From Hyphomicrobiales bacterium (GTDB lineage: Bacteria > Pseudomonadota > Alphaproteobacteria > Rhizobiales > JAJFHC01): DNA of 64,000 nucleotides. The first letter of the stretch is position 1. Every line of letters begins with the position of its first letter. Below are positions 57,041 through 64,000 of this stretch, piece by piece. Location of the stretch: contig CBDHYJ010000078.1 in NCBI GenBank assembly GCA_965275905.1, positions 10,908-74,907 on the forward strand. The letters are read 5' to 3'. The notes beneath the pieces were generated by a model that did no database searches, was not told the origin of the DNA, and saw only the letters and a list, made by a program, of their open reading frames with translations. Both the position numbers and the translations under genes were made by a program.

Positions 57041-59137
57041 TCAGCCCTTCTCCTGCGTTGCTGGGATCTCGGCTATCAGATTGCCCCATTGATCCACCAT
57101 GAGATCACCCGGCCCGTTGATCACGACGGTCGACTCGTGTTCCTCGATAATGGCCGGACCTGTGAGTGTCTGCCCGGGCTCAAGCAGATAGCGGTCGTAG
57201 ACGGGGACCGGCACGAACGCCTTCTCGCCCGGCAGATAGATCTCGCGCTCGCCCTTGAGTGCGTCCGCAGCGTCTCCCGATCCATCCGTCTGCCGGGCGG
57301 CCAGCGAGAGTTCCGGCTCGGGCCCGGAGGCCACGACCCGCCAGGATACGACGTCGATGGGCGTGTCCGGCACGATATGCCCGTAGAGGGTCTTGTAGGT
57401 TTCCTCGAAGTTGGTCTTGAGCTGATCGAGGGCAGCGTCGTTTAATTCGCCGTGCGGCGCGCGGACGCGGATCTCGTAACCCTGCTTGCGGTAGCGCATG
57501 TCCGCAAAGCGGTCGAAGCGAATGTCTGCTTCCGCCACAGTCGGTGTCAGGACTTTCCGGCCTTCGTCCTCCATCAGCCGGATGGCGTCCATGGCCTCGG
57601 CGCAATCGAGGTTCTCGAGCGGGCGCGTCAGCGTGCGGACGAAATCGAAGGAAAGCGGCGCGGTCAGGAACCCGATGGACGACATGACGCCGGCGCGCAG
57701 CGGATAGATGATGCGCGTCGCATTGAGAATGCGCGCTACGCCATAGGCGTGAACCGGTCCCGCGCCACCGAAGGCGAAGATCGCCAGGTCCTCGATGTCG
57801 CGGCCGCGCTCGACGGCATGCATGCGCGCGGCCGACGCCATGCTCTCGTTGGCCATCTGGTGAATACCCCAGGCCGCATCGGTCTGATCGAGGCCAAGCG
57901 GTTCTGCTACGTGGCTCGTGATCGCGGTTCGGGCCGCGTCGACATCAAGCGCCATGTCGCCGCCTAGGAAGAAAGACGGATCGAGATAACCGAGCGTCAG
58001 GTCGGCGTCGGTCACGGTCGGTCGCGTGCCGCTGAGGCCGTAACATGCCGGGCCCGGGTCGGAGCCCGCGCTTTGCGGGCCGACCTGAAGGCGCCGCAAT
58101 GCGTCGACCTGGGCGATCGAGCCGCCGCCGGTGCCGATCTCGATCATTTCGATCACCGGTATCTTGACCGGGAGGCCGCTGCCCTTCTTGAACTGGTACT
58201 GACGATCGACCTCGAAGTCCGGTGCGATCAGCGGTTCGCCGTCGATGATGAGACAGGCCTTGGCGGTCGTGCCGCCCATGTCGAAGGAGAGCAGATCCTT
58301 TAGCCCCAGGCGCTCACCGAAACTGGCCGCGGCCAGCGCCCCCGCAGCGGGACCGGACTCGATCAGCCGGACGGGAAAACGCACCGCGGTCGACACTTCG
58401 CAGAGACCGCCGTTGGACTGCATGATGAAGAGCGGGCCCGCGGTGTCGGCCTCGTCGCGGAGACGCGACTCCAGACGCCGCAGATAGTCCTCCGCGATAC
58501 CCTGGACGTAGATATTCACGAGCGTCGTCGACGTGCGTTCGTACTCGCGCAACTCCGGGACCAGTTCACTCGCCAGCGTGACCGAGAGGCTGGGCATGCG
58601 GTCGGCCAGCATCCCGGCGATACGGCGTTCGTGGACATCGTTTGCATAGCCGTGCATCAGACAGATGCCGACGGCCTCGACACCTTCTTCCTCGAGCCTG
58701 GGGACCAGCGCCTCTACGCTTGCCTCATCGAGCGGGATGCGGATGCTGCCGTCGGCGAGCACGCGTTCATCGACTTCAAACCGCAGATAACGCGGCGCGA
58801 TCGGCTGCGGGCGCTGCATCTGCAGGTCGTACATGTCGTAGCGATGCTCGCGCCCGATCTCGATGGCGTCGCGGAATCCGCGCGTCGCGATGAGGGCGGT
58901 CCTCGCTCCCTTGCGCTCGATCACCGCATTGGTGAAGAGGGTGGTGCCGTGCAGTACCTGCGACACCGCCTGTCCCTCGCCGTCGGTGAGCAACTGCCTG
59001 ACGCCGTCGAGCACGGCTTCGTCCGGATTGTCGCGGGTCGTGCGCACCTTGGCGATACGGATGTCGCCGGTGGCATCATCGATCAGGACAAGATCGGTGA
59101 AGGTTCCGCCGATGTCGGCGCCGATCCTCAGACTCAT
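57041..59137 (-). CDS. hyuA: hydantoinase A/oxoprolinase family protein
   Basis: MSLRIGADIGGTFTDLVLID..., DMGGTTAK; 698 aa. Confidence 0.9.
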   Translation of the reverse strand: MSLRIGADIGGTFTDLVLIDDATGDIRIAKVRTTRDNPDEAVLDGVRQLLTDGEGQAVSQVLHGTTLFTNAVIERKGARTALIATRGFRDAIEIGREHRYDMYDLQMQRPQPIAPRYLRFEVDERVLADGSIRIPLDEASVEALVPRLEEEGVEAVGICLMHGYANDVHERRIAGMLADRMPSLSVTLASELVPELREYERTSTTLVNIYVQGIAEDYLRRLESRLRDEADTAGPLFIMQSNGGLCEVSTAVRFPVRLIESGPAAGALAAASFGERLGLKDLLSFDMGGTTAKACLIIDGEPLIAPDFEVDRQYQFKKGSGLPVKIPVIEMIEIGTGGGSIAQVDALRRLQVGPQSAGSDPGPACYGLSGTRPTVTDADLTLGYLDPSFFLGGDMALDVDAARTAITSHVAEPLGLDQTDAAWGIHQMANESMASAARMHAVERGRDIEDLAIFAFGGAGPVHAYGVARILNATRIIYPLRAGVMSSIGFLTAPLSFDFVRTLTRPLENLDCAEAMDAIRLMEDEGRKVLTPTVAEADIRFDRFADMRYRKQGYEIRVRAPHGELNDAALDQLKTNFEETYKTLYGHIVPDTPIDVVSWRVVASGPEPELSLAARQTDGSGDAADALKGEREIYLPGEKAFVPVPVYDRYLLEPGQTLTGPAIIEEHESTVVINGPGDLMVDQWGNLIAEIPATQEKG

Positions 59138-59202
59138 GTGGGCATGTCCGTTCTTGCCAGGGATTTGTGAACGGCGGTCATCGGAATCCTTTCTTTAGGC
59201 CG

Positions 59203-59832
59203 TCAGCGGGGGATAAGGCCGTTGAGGAACACGGTCCGCAGGGTTTCCGCCGCGCTCTTGAAGCGCTCTTCGCGCGGCTTTGGCGAGAGGGCGTCGATCT
59301 GGACTTCAAAGTCGGCGTAGTGCTGCGTGGCGGCCCAGATCATGAAGATCAGATCAAGCGGGTCGACGGCCGCGAGCTTGCCGTCATCGATCCAGCCCTG
59401 AACGACCGCGCATTTTTCGGCGACGCGCCGTTTCAGTTCGCCGTGCAGAATCGGGCGGATGCTCGGCGCGCCCTGAAGAATTTCATTGGCGAAGAGCCGC
59501 GAGGCCGCCGGGCTTTGGCGCGACATCTCCAGCTTGTGATCGATATAGGCGGCGATCTCCGTGCCCGGGTCGCCTTGGGGATCAAGCTGCGCGAACGGTT
59601 CGAGCCAGAGTTCCAGCGTGTTCGCCAGTACCGCGACGTAAATGTCATCCTTGCTCGCGAAGTAGTAGAGCAGGTTGGGCTTCGACATGCCGGCCTTGCG
59701 GGCGATCTGGTCGACGGTCGTGCCGCGATAGCCGAATGCGGAAAAGACCTCGACGGCGGCGTCGAGGATGCGTTCCTCGTTCTGCTCCTGAATACGGGTG
59801 CGCTTGCGGGACTGCTGGGCGCGCGGGCTCAT
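59203..59832 (-). CDS. TetR-family regulator, RutR-like (paralog 1)
   Basis: HTH ILDAAVEVFSAFGYRGTTVDQIARKAGMSKPNLLYYF. The C-domain, with IFMIWAATQHYADFEVQI, is shared with paralog 2. Confidence 0.85.
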   Translation of the reverse strand: MSPRAQQSRKRTRIQEQNEERILDAAVEVFSAFGYRGTTVDQIARKAGMSKPNLLYYFASKDDIYVAVLANTLELWLEPFAQLDPQGDPGTEIAAYIDHKLEMSRQSPAASRLFANEILQGAPSIRPILHGELKRRVAEKCAVVQGWIDDGKLAAVDPLDLIFMIWAATQHYADFEVQIDALSPKPREERFKSAAETLRTVFLNGLIPR

Positions 59833-60500
59833 GGCCGATGCTCCGGTACAATGCCGATACCCTTCAGGATGATGTCGACAACCTGCGTCTTGGCTTCCTC
59901 GAACTGGGACTCACTCAGCGGACGGCCGCCGTTCAGCGTGTCGATCTGGTGGTTGAAGTCGGCATAGTGCTGGGTCGTTGCCCAGATCATGTAGAGCAGA
60001 TACTCCGGGTTGACCGCCGCGATCTTGCCTTCGTCGATCCAGCGCTGAATGACGGCGACGCGGCTGTCGGTCCAGTCGCGCAGGGTGGTTTCCAGATAGT
60101 CGTGGATAACGGGGGCCCGGTGCATGATCTCGTTGGCCCAGACCTTCGACCCCATCGGATGATCCCGGCTGATGTCCATCTTCGTGGAAATGTAGCGGGT
60201 CAGCGCTTCGGCCGGGTCGTCGCAGTCGTCGAACGAGTTGGCCGCTTCAAGCCATATCGTAAAGATATCGTCGACCACCTTGCGGTAGAGCGCTTCCTTG
60301 GTCGGAAAATAGTAGTGAAGATTGGCCTTCGGGATGCCGGCGCGTTCGGCGATCAGGCTCGTGGTGGCGCCGCGAAAACCGTATTCCGCGAACACGCTTT
60401 CGGCCGCCTCGAGAATGGCGGACTCGTTTTCCTTGCGGATCGTCGCCTTGCCGCCGTTGCGTCTGGCAGCAGGCCGCTTCAGAGCGGTGCGCTCGGCCAT
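59829..60500 (-). CDS. TetR-family regulator, RutR-like (paralog 2)
   Basis: HTH ILEAAESVFAEYGFRGATTSLIAERAGIPKANLHYYF; LYMIWATTQHYADFNHQI. 4-nt overlap with paralog 1. Confidence 0.85.
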   Translation of the reverse strand: MAERTALKRPAARRNGGKATIRKENESAILEAAESVFAEYGFRGATTSLIAERAGIPKANLHYYFPTKEALYRKVVDDIFTIWLEAANSFDDCDDPAEALTRYISTKMDISRDHPMGSKVWANEIMHRAPVIHDYLETTLRDWTDSRVAVIQRWIDEGKIAAVNPEYLLYMIWATTQHYADFNHQIDTLNGGRPLSESQFEEAKTQVVDIILKGIGIVPEHRP

Positions 60501-60529
60501 CGGTCCCGGGGTCGTTTCCTACAAATTAT

Positions 60530-60545
60530 TTGACCAATTGGTCAG
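60530..60545. promoter_or_regulatory. RutR-type operator box 1
   Basis: TTGACCAATTGGTCAG against the E. coli RutR consensus TTGACCAnnTGGTCAA. The core TGACCAATTGGTCA is a perfect palindrome. It lies 30 nt upstream of the TetR paralog 2 start. Confidence 0.55.
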
Positions 60546-60563
60546 CGTTCGTTAGCGTTCATC

Positions 60564-60579
60564 TTGACCGATTGGTCAG
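60564..60579. promoter_or_regulatory. RutR-type operator box 2
   Basis: TTGACCGATTGGTCAG, 34 bp centre-to-centre from box 1, in the divergent region towards the aminotransferase gene. Confidence 0.55.
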
Positions 60580-60798
60580 GATCGCGCAACCGGCATATTC
60601 GGAAAACCGAAGCTGGCGGCGGGTGTCGCCGGTGCCGCGGAATGCGGATGGCCTTCGCGATTCCAATGCAGGGGAGTGTCTTTCGTGACAATGCCGATCC
60701 GGCCTTTTGCTCCATTGCCGATGCGCCGTTTGGCGGTATCCTGCCTGATCCTGAAACCCATGGGAGGAGCGGCCCTGCGGCCCGCTTGCTGAACGCCG

Positions 60799-62127
60799 AT
60801 GCTCGACAAAGTCGTTTCCCGACCGAATGATCTCGAATCCTTCTGGATGCCATTCTCTGCCAACCGGCAGTTTAAGAAGGCGCCACGCATGTTCGTGGCC
60901 GCCGACGGCATGTACTACACGACCGACGACGGCCGGAAGGTGCTGGACGGCACGGCCGGTCTCTGGTGTGTGAACGCGGGTCACAAGCGGCCCAAGATCG
61001 TCGAGGCCGTGCAGCGGCAGGTTGCCGAACTCGACTTCGCGCCGACCTTCCAGATGGGCCACCCCAGGGCGTTCGAGCTGGCGTCGCGCCTTGCGCAGAT
61101 CACGCCCCAGGGCATGGACCGCATCTTCTTCACCAATTCCGGTTCCGAGTCGGTCGACACGGCGCTGAAGATCGCTCTGGCCTATCACCGGGTCAAAGGC
61201 GACGGCGCGCGCTTCCGTCTGATCGGGCGGGAACGCGGCTATCACGGTGTCAACTTCGGCGGCATCTCGGTGGGCGGCATCGTCGCCAACCGCAAGATGT
61301 TCGGTACGCTGCTGACGGGTGTTGACCATATGCGGCACACCCATGACATCGAGCGCAACGCCTTCACCCGCGGTATCCCCGAGCACGGTGCGGAATTCGC
61401 CGACGACCTGGAGCGCATCGCCACCCTGCATGATCCGTCGACCATTGCCGCCGTGATCGTCGAGCCGATGGCCGGCTCGACCGGCGTGCTTCTGCCGCCC
61501 AAGGGCTATCTGGAGCGCCTGCGCGAGATCTGCGACAAGCACGGTATCCTGCTGATCTTCGACGAGGTCATCACCGGGTTCGGCCGCCTCGGCACGCCCT
61601 TCGCGCCGGATGCCTTCGGCGTGAAGCCGGACATCATTACGACCGCCAAGGGTCTGACCAGCGGCGTGATCCCGATGGGTGCGGTGATCGTGCGCGACGA
61701 GATCCACGACGCGTTCATGAACGGTCCGGAGCATCTGATCGAGTTCTTCCACGGCTACACGTATTCCGGCAATCCGGTCGCGAGTGCCGCCGGCATTGCA
61801 ACGCTCGAGACCTACCAGGAAGAGGGCCTGTTCGCGCGCGCTGCGGAGCTCGCACCCTACTGGGAGGACGCGCTGCATTCGCTCAAGGGCCTGCCCCATG
61901 TCATCGACATCCGGAACTACGGCCTGATCGGCGCGGTCGAGCTTGAGCCGATCGCCGGTGAGCCGACCAAGCGCGCCTTCTCGGCCTTCATCAAGGCATT
62001 CGAGAACAATATTCTGATCCGCACGACCGGCGACATCATCGCCCTGTCGCCGCCGCTGATCATCGAGAAATCGGAAATCGATGAACTGTTCGGCAAGCTT
62101 GCGGAGGTCCTGAAAGCCACGGACTGA
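60799..62127 (+). CDS. class-III aminotransferase (omega-amino acid/beta-alanine--pyruvate type)
   Basis: FWMPFSANRQFK, GLWCVNAGH, DEVITGFGRLG, PLP lysine in TTAKGLTSG. Confidence 0.9.
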   Translation: MLDKVVSRPNDLESFWMPFSANRQFKKAPRMFVAADGMYYTTDDGRKVLDGTAGLWCVNAGHKRPKIVEAVQRQVAELDFAPTFQMGHPRAFELASRLAQITPQGMDRIFFTNSGSESVDTALKIALAYHRVKGDGARFRLIGRERGYHGVNFGGISVGGIVANRKMFGTLLTGVDHMRHTHDIERNAFTRGIPEHGAEFADDLERIATLHDPSTIAAVIVEPMAGSTGVLLPPKGYLERLREICDKHGILLIFDEVITGFGRLGTPFAPDAFGVKPDIITTAKGLTSGVIPMGAVIVRDEIHDAFMNGPEHLIEFFHGYTYSGNPVASAAGIATLETYQEEGLFARAAELAPYWEDALHSLKGLPHVIDIRNYGLIGAVELEPIAGEPTKRAFSAFIKAFENNILIRTTGDIIALSPPLIIEKSEIDELFGKLAEVLKATD

Positions 62128-62173
62128 CCGGCGCCACGAGGCGCGACACAATAAACAGGGAGAAAGGTCGAAA

Positions 62174-63421
62174 ATGACGGTGGCGACCAATCTGAAGGTC
62201 AACGGGGAGCGCCTCTGGGACGCTCTCATGGAAATGGCGAAAATCGGTCCGGGCGTGGCCGGCGGCAATAACCGCCAGACTCTCACCGATGTCGACGCGG
62301 AGGGCCGCGAACTGTTCCAGAAGTGGTGCGACGACGCGGGGCTGACCATGGGCGTCGACAAGATGGGCACCATGTTTGCGCGGCGCGAGGGCGCCGACCC
62401 GGATGCACTGCCGGTCTATGTGGGCAGTCATCTCGATACCCAGCCGACCGGCGGCAAGTATGACGGTGTCCTCGGCGTGCTGGGCGGGCTTGAGATCATC
62501 CGCACGCTCAACGACATGAACATCAAGACCAAGCATCCGATCGTCGTGGTCAACTGGACCAACGAGGAGGGCACCCGGTTTGCGCCGCCGATGATGGCGT
62601 CGGGCGTGTTCGCCGGGATGCACACGCTGGACTGGGCCTATGCGCGGGAGGATGCCGAAGGCAAGACCGTCGGCGAGGAGCTCCAGCGTATCGGCTGGGT
62701 CGGCGACGAAGAGGTCGGTGACCGCAAGATGCACGCCTTCTTCGAACTCCACATCGAGCAGGGGCCGATCCTCGAGGCTGAAGACAAGGACATCGGCGTG
62801 GTCAGCCACGGGCAGGGCCTGAGCTGGATGCAGATCACGCTCACCGGCAAGGAAAGCCACACCGGTTCAACGCCGATGCCGATGCGGGTCAACGCCGGGC
62901 TCGGCATGGCGCGCATCACCCAGCTTGTCGACGAGATCGCCTGGAGCCACGCGCCACTCGCGGTAGGCGCCGTCGGTCACTGCGACGTGTATCCGAATTC
63001 ACGCAATATCATTCCCGGCAAGGCCGTGTTCACCGTCGACTTCCGGCATCCGGAGAAAGACGTCATCGCGGACATGGTGAGCCGGCTGAAGGAGGGTGCG
63101 GAGAAGATCGCCGAAGACATCGGCCTCGGCATCGAGATGGAGCAGGTCGGCGCGTTCGATCCGGTGAAATTCGACGAGGGGTGCGTTGACGCGGTGCGCC
63201 GTGCGGCCGACCGGCTCGGCTACAGCCATCGCGATATCGTTTCCGGTGCCGGACATGACGCCTGCTGGGTCAACCGGGTCGCGCCGACGGCCATGGTCAT
63301 GTGCCCGTGCGTTGACGGCCTGTCCCACAACGAGGCGGAGGAGATTTCGCCGGAATGGGCGACCGCCGGCGCCAACGTGTTGTTCCACGCCGTTGTCGAG
63401 ACGGCGGAAATCGTGGAGTAG
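62174..63421 (+). CDS. M20-family amidohydrolase (N-carbamoyl-beta-alanine / allantoate amidohydrolase type)
   Basis: VGSHLDTQPTGGKYDGVLGV, WTNEEGTRF, ELHIEQGP, SGAGHDA. Confidence 0.88.
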   Translation: MTVATNLKVNGERLWDALMEMAKIGPGVAGGNNRQTLTDVDAEGRELFQKWCDDAGLTMGVDKMGTMFARREGADPDALPVYVGSHLDTQPTGGKYDGVLGVLGGLEIIRTLNDMNIKTKHPIVVVNWTNEEGTRFAPPMMASGVFAGMHTLDWAYAREDAEGKTVGEELQRIGWVGDEEVGDRKMHAFFELHIEQGPILEAEDKDIGVVSHGQGLSWMQITLTGKESHTGSTPMPMRVNAGLGMARITQLVDEIAWSHAPLAVGAVGHCDVYPNSRNIIPGKAVFTVDFRHPEKDVIADMVSRLKEGAEKIAEDIGLGIEMEQVGAFDPVKFDEGCVDAVRRAADRLGYSHRDIVSGAGHDACWVNRVAPTAMVMCPCVDGLSHNEAEEISPEWATAGANVLFHAVVETAEIVE

Positions 63422-63432
63422 GAGGAGGTTCC

Positions 63433-64000
63433 ATGTCGACAGTCATCAAGGGCGGTACCATTGTCACCGCTGACCGGACCTACGAGGCGGACGTTCTCGT
63501 CGAGGGCGGCAAGATCACTGAAATCGGGCAGGGCCTGAGCGGCGACGAAACGCTGGACGCTGCCGGTTGCTATGTCATGCCGGGCGGTATCGACCCGCAC
63601 ACCCATCTCGAAATGCCGTTCATGGGCACCTATTCCTCGGACGACTTCGAATCCGGGACGCGTGCCGCGCTTTCCGGCGGCACCACCATGGTGGTCGACT
63701 TCTGTCTTCCGGCACCCGGCCAGTCGCTCCACGAGGCACGGCAGATGTGGGACAACAAGACCTCCAAGGCGAGCTGCGACTACTCCTTCCACATGGCGAT
63801 CACATGGTGGAGCGAGCAGGTCTTCAACGAAATGGCGGATGTTGTCGACAGCGGCATCAACACATTCAAGCATTTCATGGCCTACAAGGGCGCGCTGATG
63901 GTCGACGACGACGAGATGTACTCGTCGTTCCAGCGCTGCGCCGCGCTCGGTGCAATGCCGCTGGTCCATGCGGAAAACGGCGACGTCGTCGCGCAGTTGC
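63433..64000 (+). CDS. dihydropyrimidinase / D-hydantoinase (5' part; continues off-window)
   Basis: GGAGGAGG RBS. MSTVIKGGTIVTADRTYEADVLVEGGKI, metal-binding GGIDPHTHLEMPFMG. Confidence 0.9.
   Translation, partial: MSTVIKGGTIVTADRTYEADVLVEGGKITEIGQGLSGDETLDAAGCYVMPGGIDPHTHLEMPFMGTYSSDDFESGTRAALSGGTTMVVDFCLPAPGQSLHEARQMWDNKTSKASCDYSFHMAITWWSEQVFNEMADVVDSGINTFKHFMAYKGALMVDDDEMYSSFQRCAALGAMPLVHAENGDVVAQL

Noticed and set aside
60559-62373. 604-aa minus-strand ORF
   Set aside because: It is antisense to the class-III aminotransferase. It would also run across the RutR boxes and into the next gene.

Overview
This is a 64-kb high-GC chromosomal segment (37/60 G+C in nt 1-60). Gene content and order look alphaproteobacterial, but that is inferred from protein motifs only; no database search was run. 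The backbone, left to right: (1) a housekeeping block of carB, an M48 protease, carA, GatB/YqeY, dnaG and rpoD; (2) an SDR and an FG-GAP/ASPIC protein; (3) an xylF/xylH/ATPase sugar ABC transporter with a frameshifted ROK regulator and an aldose epimerase; (4) a SIMPL/BP26-like protein, a tRNA(CAT) and dld; (5) a six-gene operon of Ser/Thr kinase, PP2C, PrsW protease, TerY-like vWA and two envelope proteins; (6) a LuxR-HTH/alpha-beta-hydrolase fusion; (7) TetR, a Rieske oxygenase and a desaturase; (8) an operon of fatty-acid hydroxylase, ALDH, GMC oxidoreductase and an IMDH-family dehydrogenase, with a divergent LysR; (9) a TerB-like DUF533 protein; (10) a large reductive pyrimidine-catabolism cluster (preT, preA, hyuAB-like genes, two tandem RutR-like TetR genes with two RutR-type palindromic boxes, an aminotransferase, a carbamoyl-amidohydrolase and a dihydropyrimidinase). 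Three AT-rich islets interrupt the backbone. Islet (i), about 10.6-13.1 kb after rpoD, holds one 695-aa orphan membrane protein. Islet (ii), 22.15-25.51 kb, is bounded by an exact 22-bp duplication of the tRNA 3' end and holds two orphan genes but no integrase. Islet (iii), 38.5-42.0 kb, has a tyrosine recombinase next to a 2.36-kb segment bracketed by perfect 33-bp inverted repeats. Each repeat contains the 5' leader, the ATG and the first five codons of two otherwise unrelated convergent genes. Islet (iii) is my top candidate for an undescribed system: a recombinase-driven gene-swap inversion switch. The second candidate is the kinase/PP2C/PrsW/vWA operon, in which the kinase and the protease share a divergent FHA-like C-terminal module. 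I saw no rRNA, CRISPR array or transposase.
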